Below, piece by piece: positions 1 to 9,684 of a stretch of DNA of 64,000 nt. Made by a program: the position numbers and the translations under genes. Where the stretch lies: assembly GCA_963845145.1 (NCBI GenBank), contig CAWJQU010000003.1, forward strand, positions 96,001-160,000, in the 5' to 3' direction. The notes below the pieces were generated by a model, which was not told where the DNA came from, searched no databases, and worked only from the letters and a program-made list of their open reading frames with translations. Each line of letters starts with the position of its first letter. The stretch's first letter is position 1. This DNA comes from an uncultured delta proteobacterium (lineage in GTDB: Bacteria > Desulfobacterota > Desulfobacteria > Desulfobacterales > QNYZ01).

Positions 1-2
1 CA

Positions 3-1907
3 ACAACGGAAGCGCGTCGTCGATACATCAAATGGTTAAAAAATTTCCAACGGTTAAAAGGCCTAATTTTTTTTGGTACGTCCCCATTGCTTAAAATCAG
101 CGTCAAACTGGGAAAACGGTTTTATCGAGGACCGGTTCAGATCGAAATGGCAAAAACCTATGAATCGGCCGTTACCCTGGCCCAAAACTTTCTTTCAAAG
201 GCACCTATCCGGGATATCGATGAGCCATCACCCTTTAGCGTTCGAAGTTTTAATCCTCAACGTCTCGATGACGATTCTGACCTAAAAAAAGACAGGGACA
301 GGAAGTGGGGAAAACGACTAGACGATTTTAATATACAATTTACGGCCCTTGATTCGAAAGTGCTTTACGCCACCGTGAGGGGGGTTTTAAAGACAGAGCA
401 TATCCAGTATATCGCCGCTTTGCGTGAAAAGGCGACAAAGGAGATCAATCCTCAAGGCGTCGTCGATTATACTATCTCGGACATTTCTCAACTGACCAGC
501 GCCAACATCAAGGCAAGAAAGGCCTATGTTCAATCCTTGAGGAATTGGAGCCGCACGCAACAGTTTAAAATGTTTATTTTTTTAGGCGCTAACCGTTTTA
601 TGCGCACAGCGATCAGGCTCGGAAGATCTTTTTTGCCCTTTAAGGTCTGTTTCGCTAATGACTTGCAAGACGCACTGACCCTGATCCATCAAGATCGACT
701 TCAAAGGTCGATCCCATCCAAACCTATCGATCCGGAGATACTCGCGCCCGATCAGGTTTCGGCCCAGATCAAACCCTATGTCAACGAGCTACTTGGATAT
801 CTGGGGGTCATCAATTGGGAACTTGACGGTTCGGTAAAGCCGCATGATGTCGAACCGTCCCATCTGTTCTTCCCGATTTATGAAGCTGTCAAATTGATTA
901 AGGACGAATTGAATGACCTGTTCGATGAGAAAAATGAAGCCGAAAAAAAATTACAGGAAGCCAATTCCGAATTGGAAAGCCGCGTGAGAGAGCGCACGGC
1001 GGATTTAGAGAGAGTGAATCGCGAGTTGATGTTAGAAATTATTGAGCGCAAACAGACGCTCATTGAACTTCAACAAGCCAAACTTACCGCAGAGAAAGCC
1101 AACCGGGCTAAAAGCGAATTTCTGGCCAATATGAGTCATGAATTACGAACACCTTTGAATCATATTATTGGCTTTACCGAAATCGTTTTGGATCAACATT
1201 TCGGCCCGTTAAATGAAAAGCAGACGGAACACTTGCAGGATGTCACCGGTAGCAGCCAACATTTATTGTCTTTAATTAACGATATTCTCGACCTTTCCAA
1301 AGTGGAAGCCGGCAAACTGAAGCTGGCTTGTACGCCCATTCACCTGGTGCAGCTCTTACAAGATTCATTGAAAATGATCCAGGAAAAAGCATATGCACAA
1401 AATATCACCATCAGCCTGGAAGCAAGCGATGCCCCGACCACGATTCAAGCTGACAACCGAATGTTTCGACAAATTATATATAATTTACTGTCCAATGCCG
1501 TAAAATTCACGCCCGAAGGGGGGCATATCAGCATCAATACTTATTTGCACCGTATAGAGTCATCCCTCGTTTCACCCATGGTCTCTAAACACCATACGTC
1601 AACCTTCCAGGCGGCCGACAACGGTTTCGCCGAATGGTTTAACAAGCAAAATACGCCCTTGGTTGAAATCGCCGTTAAAGATACGGGTATCGGAATACGA
1701 CCCAATGATCTCCATCGCATTTTCAGAGCTTTTGAACAAGCTGATGGCTCATCCAGCCGCCTGTACCAGGGTACGGGACTGGGCCTGTCCCTCACCCAGA
1801 AATTGGTCGAACTGCATGGGGGCCGAATTTGGGTGGAAAGCCCTGGTGAAGGGCATGGGAGTGTTTTCAGGTTTTTTATTCCAATTAGTCAAAAGACGAA
1901 AAGTTGA
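3..1907 (+). CDS. Sensor histidine kinase (HisKA + HATPase), 5'-partial, with repeated STAS/SpoIIAA-like N-terminal modules
   Basis: H-box FLANMSHELRTPL, N-box NLLSNAVKFT, G1 DTGIGI, G2 GTGLGL; the frame is open from position 3, so the start lies upstream of the window. Confidence 0.92.
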   Translation, partial: TTEARRRYIKWLKNFQRLKGLIFFGTSPLLKISVKLGKRFYRGPVQIEMAKTYESAVTLAQNFLSKAPIRDIDEPSPFSVRSFNPQRLDDDSDLKKDRDRKWGKRLDDFNIQFTALDSKVLYATVRGVLKTEHIQYIAALREKATKEINPQGVVDYTISDISQLTSANIKARKAYVQSLRNWSRTQQFKMFIFLGANRFMRTAIRLGRSFLPFKVCFANDLQDALTLIHQDRLQRSIPSKPIDPEILAPDQVSAQIKPYVNELLGYLGVINWELDGSVKPHDVEPSHLFFPIYEAVKLIKDELNDLFDEKNEAEKKLQEANSELESRVRERTADLERVNRELMLEIIERKQTLIELQQAKLTAEKANRAKSEFLANMSHELRTPLNHIIGFTEIVLDQHFGPLNEKQTEHLQDVTGSSQHLLSLINDILDLSKVEAGKLKLACTPIHLVQLLQDSLKMIQEKAYAQNITISLEASDAPTTIQADNRMFRQIIYNLLSNAVKFTPEGGHISINTYLHRIESSLVSPMVSKHHTSTFQAADNGFAEWFNKQNTPLVEIAVKDTGIGIRPNDLHRIFRAFEQADGSSSRLYQGTGLGLSLTQKLVELHGGRIWVESPGEGHGSVFRFFIPISQKTKS

Positions 1908-1962
1908 AACTAGTAGAGTCTGCCCAATTGTAAAATATCAATACAAACGGGTTCCGATCGAT

Positions 1963-1991
1963 TTGACAAAAATGCCCCCCTTAAGTAATTG
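1963..1991 (+). promoter_or_regulatory. Putative sigma70 promoter of trkA (TTGACA-17-TAATTG)
   Basis: Perfect -35 at 1963-1968, 17-nt spacer, imperfect -10. Confidence 0.5.
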
Positions 1992-1999
1992 TTTATTCC

Positions 2000-3406
2000 A
2001 TGACTGGAAATAAATCACCTGAATCGACAAATATTTTAATTCTAGGGCTGGGGGGTGTGGGCTTTTACCTGGCCAAACGTCTGGTACACGAAGGGTATGC
2101 CATTACAACCATCGAATCGGAAGGCAAAAAAATCCGCCATGCCGACGGTAGCCTCGACGCCCGGATGATTCAGGGTAACGCGTTGAGCATCGAGTGCTGG
2201 CAGGAAACCGATGCCAAAAAGATGGATTATCTCATCGCGGTAACCAACAATGACGCCGTCAATATGATGGCCTGCCTGATCGCCGACCGTTTCGGTATTC
2301 CTCGCAAAATTGCCCGTGTACGATCCACCGATTTCGGGGAAGAGGGCTCCATTTTAACCGCGCAGGATTTGAAAATTGATTTGATCATTCATCCGGAAGA
2401 ATTGGCCGCCCAGGAAATCTACAGACTGATTAAGCTCCGCGCCGGCAACGACATCATCGAAGTCGCCGAGGGCCAGATCCAGATGATGGCCACCCGCATT
2501 CAAGAAAAATCGCCGCTGGCCTACCGCAAATTAAAAGACATTTCCAAAGAATATCGTGATTACCCATTTCGTATCGTGGCTATCGCCCGGGGGATCACGA
2601 CCTTGATTCCCGGTGGTAACGACGAACTGTTGCCCCAGGACCAGGTGTTTATGATGGCCAATAATGAAAATCTGCCCCATTTGATGGAAATCACAGGTGT
2701 CAAACAGGAAAAACGGCACAGGGTGATGATTCTAGGCGGTGGGTTGGTCGGACGTCGCCTGGCTGAGCTTCTAGGAAAATCAGTTGAGGTCCGATTGATC
2801 GAAAAAGATGAGAATAACGCCAAAGAGCTTTCCCATATATTATCCAACACGGAGATATTACACGGTGACGGGTCGGATTCAGATGTGCTGGTCTCTGCAG
2901 GTCTCTTGGACATGGATACATTTATCACCGCCACTGGTGAAAACGAAACCAATATTATGAGTTGCGTGCTGGCCAAGCATCTGATGAACGCTCCCAACGG
3001 CCATGGGGAAGAAAAACAGGGTAAATGCGTCGCCCTGGTAAATAAAGAAGATTATTTGGTTTTGGCGGCGACCATGGGGTCGGACATTGCCCTAAATAAG
3101 AAAATCTTGGCTGGAAATGAAATTTTGAAATTTATTCGACGCGGTGAACTTCTCTCGGTGGCCCATCTACATGGATTTGATGCCGAAGTGGTGGAAATCG
3201 TAGCCTCTCCGAAATCACCGATTACGCGAAAGCCCCTGTCCAAGATGGATCCCTATTACTATGGGAAAATCTTGATTGGTAGTATCCATCGCGATGGCGT
3301 CTGGATGGTTGCCGTGGGGGACACCCACATTCAAAGTAATGAGCGTGTTATCGTGGTATGCATGTCCCAACATTTAAAAGATGTTCAAAAGTTGTTTCTC
3401 GCATAG
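2000..3406 (+). CDS. trkA: Trk potassium uptake NAD-binding subunit
   Basis: Two RCK_N Rossmann motifs (GLGGVG, GGGLVG), each followed by RCK_C; 468 aa. Confidence 0.95.
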   Translation: MTGNKSPESTNILILGLGGVGFYLAKRLVHEGYAITTIESEGKKIRHADGSLDARMIQGNALSIECWQETDAKKMDYLIAVTNNDAVNMMACLIADRFGIPRKIARVRSTDFGEEGSILTAQDLKIDLIIHPEELAAQEIYRLIKLRAGNDIIEVAEGQIQMMATRIQEKSPLAYRKLKDISKEYRDYPFRIVAIARGITTLIPGGNDELLPQDQVFMMANNENLPHLMEITGVKQEKRHRVMILGGGLVGRRLAELLGKSVEVRLIEKDENNAKELSHILSNTEILHGDGSDSDVLVSAGLLDMDTFITATGENETNIMSCVLAKHLMNAPNGHGEEKQGKCVALVNKEDYLVLAATMGSDIALNKKILAGNEILKFIRRGELLSVAHLHGFDAEVVEIVASPKSPITRKPLSKMDPYYYGKILIGSIHRDGVWMVAVGDTHIQSNERVIVVCMSQHLKDVQKLFLA

Positions 3407-3562
3407 GGTTCGCACAAAAATAAGTTCACAATTTTAGGCGTTGAGGCGCCCGTCTGGCAAGGCGTGAAAGTGCTGGAATATCGAGATATTCCGAGCTTTC
3501 ACAACGCCGCCAGACAGGATGCATCGGCGTATAAAATGTGAAATTATTTTTTCGCGAGCCCT
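3405..3562. repeat. ~158-bp imperfect palindrome, MITE/REP-like element
   Basis: Left arm AGGGTTCGCACAAAAATAAGTTCACAATTTT...GGAATATC pairs with right arm GATATTCC...AAAATGTGAAATTATTTTTTCGCGAGCCCT. Confidence 0.8.
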
Positions 3563-3601
3563 TAATACAAAAACATGTCCACAAAAACGCGCCCACTATG
3601 A

Positions 3602-5059
3602 TTAACGCTTCCAGAAGGAAGGGTAAAAGATAACCAACGCCGAGAACATTTCCAGCCGACCCACCAACATATTCCAGGATAAAAACCATTTTCCCACGGC
3701 GGATATCTGGGCGTAATTTTCAGACGGCCCCACATCCCCAAATCCCGGGCCGATATTCATCAGGGTTGCGATAACCGAACTCATGGCGGAGACAAAATCC
3801 ATTTGTTCCACCAACGCCATAAAACATCCCCCGCCCAATACGAGAAAAATATTGACAATAAAGTAGCAAACGGCCAAATCGACGATTTGCGAATCGACGG
3901 GACGCTGGTTTAACCGCACCGACACCACCGACATAGGTCTCAAAAAGATACGTTTGATGGCGGCGACACCGAACTTCCAGATCAGAACATAGTGAACCAC
4001 TTTGATACCGCTGGTGGTTGAACCGGCGCAGGCGCCAATAAAACAGACGACATAGAGAAACATTTGGGCAGCCTGGGGCCACTTTTCATAATCCGCCGTG
4101 GTAAATCCGGTGGTGGTTAAAAGAGACATCACCTGAAAGGTTGCGTATCGAATCGAGTCAACCAGACTGCCGTATGTACTCTCCTTCCACAAAATCCATG
4201 CCACGACACCACAAAAAAAGAGCATGAACCCGACGTACCAGCGCAATTCCGTATTGTTTCGAATCACGCGCCAGTTGCCCTGCATCATGTGGTAAAAGAG
4301 CATGAAGGTCATTCCGCCCAGGAACATAAAGATGATGATGATCCAATCGAAATAGGCGCTATTGTAGTGCCCGATACTAGCATTATAGGGCGAATAGCCT
4401 GAGGTGGATACCGTTCCGAACGAGTGGCACAGGGAATCGAAAAGCGACATCCCCCCGAAACTTAGTAAGATAACTTGCAGCAGGTTCAACGTCATATAGA
4501 TGCCCCAAAGCCAGATCATCGTGTCCCGGTTACGCGGCATAAATTTTTCTTTGGTAATGACTTGACCGGGACTTGATTCAGCCCGAAACAGGCGCACCCC
4601 GCCCATGCCGTGGGGTAAGAAAATAACGGTCAGGGTCAAAAAGCCCATTCCGCCCAACAAATGGGTTTGGCTGCGCCAGAATAACAACCCATGGGGAACG
4701 GCTTCAATATCTTTTAAAATGGTCGCTCCGGTGGTGGTATAACCCGACATCATTTCGAAAAATGCATTGGTAAACGATGGAATCGAACCATGAATCATAT
4801 AGGGCAAGGCGGAAAGCGCCGATATCAAAATCCAACCAAAAAACGCGATAAAAAAACCGTCTTTCAGGTTCAGCTCGTCATGGCGACGAAAAAACCGCCA
4901 TAAAAAAAAACCCAATATAACCGTCAGAATTCCAGTAATGGCAAGGGAAAATAGGTCGTCTTCACCGTAATAAAGTGAACAAAATATCGGAAAAATCATG
5001 GAAATACCCGTAACGAGTAATAACTTTCCGAAGACATTCGCAATTGTGGCGTAATTCAT
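3602..5059 (-). CDS. trkH: Trk potassium uptake membrane subunit
   Basis: Selectivity-filter segments SGYTTTGAT, STSGYS, TTTGFTTADY, NIGPG; GRLE near C-terminus. Confidence 0.95.
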   Translation of the reverse strand: MNYATIANVFGKLLLVTGISMIFPIFCSLYYGEDDLFSLAITGILTVILGFFLWRFFRRHDELNLKDGFFIAFFGWILISALSALPYMIHGSIPSFTNAFFEMMSGYTTTGATILKDIEAVPHGLLFWRSQTHLLGGMGFLTLTVIFLPHGMGGVRLFRAESSPGQVITKEKFMPRNRDTMIWLWGIYMTLNLLQVILLSFGGMSLFDSLCHSFGTVSTSGYSPYNASIGHYNSAYFDWIIIIFMFLGGMTFMLFYHMMQGNWRVIRNNTELRWYVGFMLFFCGVVAWILWKESTYGSLVDSIRYATFQVMSLLTTTGFTTADYEKWPQAAQMFLYVVCFIGACAGSTTSGIKVVHYVLIWKFGVAAIKRIFLRPMSVVSVRLNQRPVDSQIVDLAVCYFIVNIFLVLGGGCFMALVEQMDFVSAMSSVIATLMNIGPGFGDVGPSENYAQISAVGKWFLSWNMLVGRLEMFSALVIFYPSFWKR

Positions 5060-5233
5060 GGATACCTGAGTTTTTATTGGCGCTTCATTTCGATAGCCGA
5101 ACGAATTTGAGGCTTAGACATACCCAATTCAAATCTAAAAATCAAAAGTTCAATGGGTTTTTTTAAAATCACACCTCATATCAAAAACCAACTATCTGAC
5201 ATACAATTGATTTCCGATGTCTTTTAATATAAA

Positions 5234-5246
5234 AATCAATTAGTTA
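5234..5246 (+). promoter_or_regulatory. IHF consensus site in AT-rich divergent promoter region
   Basis: AATCAA-TTAG-TTA matches WATCAANNNNTTR. Confidence 0.4.
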
Positions 5247-5357
5247 TACATTTATTGTGTTTTTATAACCATTTACCTATAATAATGTTTTTGTTTTTGA
5301 TGAAGTGTTATATTGATCTATCACAAAATTTCAACATCTACTAAAGGGAGGTATCCA

Positions 5358-5858
5358 ATGGCAACGAAAACTGATTTCTCGAATTCGGAGTGGGAAATTT
5401 TACGTGATGCGCCACATTCGGTGGCCCTGGCCGTCGCCGTCGCCGGAGCGAGCGGAATATTTGGCAGCGTAAAAGAAGCGATAGCCTCAGCTGGAACGAT
5501 CGTTGGCGCATTGAAAGGTGACAACGCTCTCCTACGCGATGTATGCGCTAGAGACGAGATGAAAGCTGCCCAGGGATCACTGCGCAGCGGCATAAAGATG
5601 ACGGACATCAACACATTGCGCGACCAGCTCAAGGCCGGGGCCGCAGACAAAGCAGCTGCCGCCGTTAACCTGCTCGACCAAAAAGGCTTTACCGAAGATC
5701 TATCCGTATATAAATCCTTCCTAATGGAAATTGGAAATAAGGTTGCCGAAGCAGCGAAGGAAGGCGGTTTTTTGGGATTTGGTGGCGAGCGGGTCAGTGA
5801 GGGTGAGCGGGAAGTGCTGGCGAAACTCGGTGGCCTGCTGGATGTGGGGCAAGCTTAA
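5358..5858 (+). CDS. Conserved-looking hypothetical protein (AAKEGGFLGFGGERVS motif)
   Basis: GGAGG RBS before ATG 5358; 166 aa, predicted helical. Confidence 0.8.
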   Translation: MATKTDFSNSEWEILRDAPHSVALAVAVAGASGIFGSVKEAIASAGTIVGALKGDNALLRDVCARDEMKAAQGSLRSGIKMTDINTLRDQLKAGAADKAAAAVNLLDQKGFTEDLSVYKSFLMEIGNKVAEAAKEGGFLGFGGERVSEGEREVLAKLGGLLDVGQA

Positions 5859-5938
5859 TGATTGGGGATTGCCCTACCACGAAGTCTGCCCGGAAAAAGC
5901 CATTGATTGGGTCGCGGTAAGGCAGAGGTCAAAGGGAA

Positions 5939-6556
5939 ATGCCTGAAAAACCCAAATTATTTAAAATGACCTATGAGACTTACCTTCGTCAAATGGCTCG
6001 ATTGGATTTGAAAGATCGCGCTGTCCGGCTCGGTGCGGTATTATCGCGTAATACGCTCCGGGTGTCACTTTATGGGTCACTCTATCAAGTATCGGAAAAA
6101 GGGGTATTTGATGCCGAAGGTAAAACAGCCAATGTAGCGGTAAGTGTCGTTTTATGCCGATATGTACTGCAATGTCCGGATGAGCTTCCGGAGAACGGCG
6201 ACTGGGTCACCTATCGGGAGTTTACGGGGGCCGGACCGCTGGTGGGTTCTTTTACTGCCAATACCAATAAAATCATCGAGACCCATTTTTGCGGGCACCT
6301 GCAAGATTTAAAGACGAGGACCGAAAGGCTTGGCGGGATACCTTCTACCGCAGATACGGGTTATGACCTCTCAATGACTTTCAATGCGCTGCCGCGAATC
6401 CCTGTTTTATTTCGATTTAACGATAAAGATGGCCCATTTCCCGCACAAAGCTCAATCTTGTTCCGACAGTCGGCCGAAATGTATCTCGATCTGGAAAGCT
6501 TATCCATAGCCGGAACATTCCTTACCGGCTCTTTAATCAATAAAGAGCCCTACTGA
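5939..6556 (+). CDS. DUF3786-family protein
   Basis: WVTYREF..G and ALPRIPV...D.D.FPA...ILF......YLD.E pattern typical of DUF3786. Confidence 0.8.
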   Translation: MPEKPKLFKMTYETYLRQMARLDLKDRAVRLGAVLSRNTLRVSLYGSLYQVSEKGVFDAEGKTANVAVSVVLCRYVLQCPDELPENGDWVTYREFTGAGPLVGSFTANTNKIIETHFCGHLQDLKTRTERLGGIPSTADTGYDLSMTFNALPRIPVLFRFNDKDGPFPAQSSILFRQSAEMYLDLESLSIAGTFLTGSLINKEPY

Positions 6557-6571
6557 AATAAGCAAAGAGCC

Positions 6572-8485
6572 TTACTGATTCCGCCCTTCCAGATCTTCCC
6601 AGCGCTTATAGGCCTGATCGATCTCTTTTGTAAGTTCATCAAAACGCGCCTTGATCCGCGTTATTTCCTGTTTTTCCTTTTTATAAAACGCTGGATCAGA
6701 CATCTGTTGGGATAATTCATTGTGTTCCGCTTCCAAAACCTCGATCAGGCCGGGCAGTTTCTTGAGATCACGCTGTTCATTGAAACCGAGTTTTTTAGGC
6801 TTGCCCATTACGGATTCGGGCACGGATTTGTTATCGTTCCCGGGCTTAGGATTATCGATCTTTTTTTTGGCGGCTATCGGCTTTTCAGCCGGTTTGGGAC
6901 GTTGGGTAAGCCAGTCGTCATATCCGCCGACATATTCAGCCACCGCGCCCTTACCTTCAAATACCAGTGTACTGGTTACCACGTTGTTGAGAAATGATCG
7001 GTCATGGCTCACCAGTATTACCGTCCCGGTGTATTCCAGAAACAGTTCTTCCAAAAGCTCGAGGGTTTCCATATCCAGGTCATTGGTGGGTTCGTCCAGG
7101 ACAAGAACATTGGCGGGCAGGGTAAACAGCTTCGCCAGGAGCAGTCGATTTTTTTCACCCCCGGAGAGCACCCGTACCGGTGTACGGCATCGATCCGGGG
7201 TAAATAAAAAATCTTTAAGATGACTGATCACATGACGCTTTACACCATTGAAAACGATAAAATCATTGTCTTCGGCAATATTTTCGGCAACCGTTTTGGT
7301 ATCGTCAAGCTGCGCTCTTAACTGATCAAAATAGGCCACTTTCAGGTGTGTGCCATGCCGGACAGTGCCGGATTGCAGGGGTATGTTTTTCAAAAGAAGA
7401 TTTAGCAGGGTTGTTTTCCCTGCACCATTGCGACCGATGATGCCCACTTTGTCGCCCCGCATAAGAACAAAAGAAAAGTCTTTGATGATCGGGACATCAT
7501 CATAAGAATAATCGATATTTTTGGCGCGAATGACCAGCTTTCCGGACCGCTCTGCCTCCTGAACCTGCAACCGAACCGTTCCCGTTTTTTGACGCCGGGC
7601 TTTAAAAGCCTCACGCATTTTGAATAACGCCTTTACCCTCCCCTCATTTCGCGTCCGCCGGGCCTTGATGCCTTGGCGAATCCATGTTTCCTCTTGGGAA
7701 AGCTTTTTATCAAAGACGGCGTTCTGCTTTTGCTCAGCCAAAAGGTCCGCTTCTTTGTGTTTTAGATAGGTATTATAATCCGCGGCATAGGAAAACAGAT
7801 GACCTCGATCCAATTCAAGTATACGATTGGCGATACCGGACACAAAAAAACGGTCATGGGTGACGAACAACAGTGTCTTCACGAACCGGAGGAGATGGGC
7901 TTCCATCCATAAAATCGTGTCGATATCTAAATGGTTGGTGGGTTCATCGAGCAACAATACATCCGGTTCGTGGACCAGCGCACGGGCAAAAAGGGCTCGG
8001 CGCTTCATACCGGCAGATAAGTTGGCAAACGGCTCTTCCGGATTGAGGTCTGTCCGGGAAAGGACCTTCTCAGCCATTTGGGATACGTCCCAACCATCCC
8101 TGGTATCGAGAAACGACCTTAAACCTTCCATCCTGTGCCGTTGTTGTGCGGTGATCGTATCGACATGCTGGTTCAGGTTGCGGTATTCTACGAAAGCGCG
8201 GCCTGTTTCGCCGCATCCCGCTGCAACCACATCGAAAATGCTTTCATCCGTTTCTTCGGGAACCTCCTGGGCCAACCCTGAAATTTTGATTCCGGATTGA
8301 CGTTGAATATCGCCCCGATCCGGGACCATTTGTCCGGATATGAGTTTGAGCAACGTCGATTTACCCACGCCATTGCGTCCCAGCAGGCAAACCCGTTCAC
8401 CTTTCTTAATCGTCAAGCTGATATTTTCAAGTAGCGGCGGGATGTCAAATCCCCAGCACACGTCACGCATCGTGATCAATGCCAT
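6572..8485 (-). CDS. uup: ABC-F ATPase Uup
   Basis: Two ABC domains (GRNGVGKST, GRNGAGKTT), WIRQGIKARRTRNEGRV linker, C-terminal coiled coil. Confidence 0.93.
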   Translation of the reverse strand: MALITMRDVCWGFDIPPLLENISLTIKKGERVCLLGRNGVGKSTLLKLISGQMVPDRGDIQRQSGIKISGLAQEVPEETDESIFDVVAAGCGETGRAFVEYRNLNQHVDTITAQQRHRMEGLRSFLDTRDGWDVSQMAEKVLSRTDLNPEEPFANLSAGMKRRALFARALVHEPDVLLLDEPTNHLDIDTILWMEAHLLRFVKTLLFVTHDRFFVSGIANRILELDRGHLFSYAADYNTYLKHKEADLLAEQKQNAVFDKKLSQEETWIRQGIKARRTRNEGRVKALFKMREAFKARRQKTGTVRLQVQEAERSGKLVIRAKNIDYSYDDVPIIKDFSFVLMRGDKVGIIGRNGAGKTTLLNLLLKNIPLQSGTVRHGTHLKVAYFDQLRAQLDDTKTVAENIAEDNDFIVFNGVKRHVISHLKDFLFTPDRCRTPVRVLSGGEKNRLLLAKLFTLPANVLVLDEPTNDLDMETLELLEELFLEYTGTVILVSHDRSFLNNVVTSTLVFEGKGAVAEYVGGYDDWLTQRPKPAEKPIAAKKKIDNPKPGNDNKSVPESVMGKPKKLGFNEQRDLKKLPGLIEVLEAEHNELSQQMSDPAFYKKEKQEITRIKARFDELTKEIDQAYKRWEDLEGRNQ

Positions 8486-8718
8486 CTGTTTTCCTTATTT
8501 GTCCGGTGACCAGCCAAAGCTGAATATAACAAATGATTCCCACCTGCAAGCCTCACCGGATATCACGATAATTTTACACCTGCGCGGCGTTTGACGATCA
8601 TTGCTATTATAAAACCGTTTAAAATTTATACCGGTGGCGATCCCATCCGCACCACACCGCCCATTTTCCCACGGCCAATCAAACGATTAACATAATGCCA
8701 AAAAGTCATTTTTTTTCC

Positions 8719-8747
8719 TTGACGCGTTGTAAAAAACAGCGTAAATT
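8719..8747 (+). promoter_or_regulatory. sigma70 promoter of GntR/ABC operon (TTGACG-17-TAAATT)
   Basis: Near-consensus hexamers with 17-nt spacer. Confidence 0.6.
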
Positions 8748-8755
8748 TAGATGTC

Positions 8756-8774
8756 ATGTAATTTGTAATTACAT
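8756..8774. promoter_or_regulatory. Palindromic operator ATGTAATT-TGT-AATTACAT, probable GntR site
   Basis: Perfect 8-bp inverted repeat just downstream of the -10. Confidence 0.6.
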
Positions 8775-8898
8775 TTATGATTCTATTTTGAATTTTTAAA
8801 TTTCTAACATTCAGCCTGATTTCGCATACCGGTATAATTGGCGACGCCTCACCAATTATTTAAACATTGACCTCTTTTGAAAAGGATCGCGCTGAAAA

Positions 8899-9615
8899 AT
8901 GGACATAGACACGAAAGACATTACCCAGGATCTCACAAAAAAAGCGCATATGCTGATTCGCCAAATGATGTTTCACAATGAAATCGTTCCCGGCCAGAAA
9001 CTGGCTTACCGCGATCTGGCCAAACAGCTCGATATGAGCCCTACCCCGGTCAGCAATGCGCTCAAATATCTTGAATTTCAGGGATTGGTGCGAAAAGAAT
9101 TAAACCGCGGCTATTTTACCGAACCGATTCGCATCAAAGAAATTGAGGAAATTTACAATTTTCGCGAATTGATCGAAGTGTCCCTTTTAGCTGATGCTAT
9201 CAAAAACTTAGACCACAAATCTAAACAAAACCTTTCCAAAGCTTTTGAGGCATCCGTGGAAGTCCCCGGCGATCCATTTGTCAGCCAGCGCGTATCCAAA
9301 GATGTTCAGTTTCATATGAACCTGGCTGAGCTTTCTCAAAATCGGACCCAGACCCGCGCCCTGAGGCAACTCTTTGACCTGCTCTACCTGAAATACGGTG
9401 GTGATGTTCTATTTAACAAGTATATGCAACCCAATGAATTTAAAGCCCATATTACAGATACCGCTTCATGCCATCAGCAGATATATGACGCAATCATTGA
9501 CGGGGATCTCAAATCCGCCAAGGATGCCATGTCACGACACATTCGAACGGTCAAGGACGATGTTTTAAGTGGCTTGAAACGTATGCGTGAAGACAAGGAT
9601 GCCACCATATTCTAA
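8899..9615 (+). CDS. GntR-family regulator (FCD domain)
   Basis: wHTH PGQKL..DLAKQLDMSPTPVSNAL..LE..GLV; FCD D..FH and H..IYDAI..GD. Confidence 0.92.
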   Translation: MDIDTKDITQDLTKKAHMLIRQMMFHNEIVPGQKLAYRDLAKQLDMSPTPVSNALKYLEFQGLVRKELNRGYFTEPIRIKEIEEIYNFRELIEVSLLADAIKNLDHKSKQNLSKAFEASVEVPGDPFVSQRVSKDVQFHMNLAELSQNRTQTRALRQLFDLLYLKYGGDVLFNKYMQPNEFKAHITDTASCHQQIYDAIIDGDLKSAKDAMSRHIRTVKDDVLSGLKRMREDKDATIF

Positions 9616-9684
9616 CCAAATTCTAACCAAGCGACAATTTGGTATGAATATTTACCTACAAACCGTTAAAAGGAGGAAGCCAAA

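Noticed and set aside
9609..9630. 11-bp tandem duplication ATTCTAACCAA x2 at the GntR stop codon
   Set aside because: Could be a slippage or excision scar, but nothing else supports a function or an element
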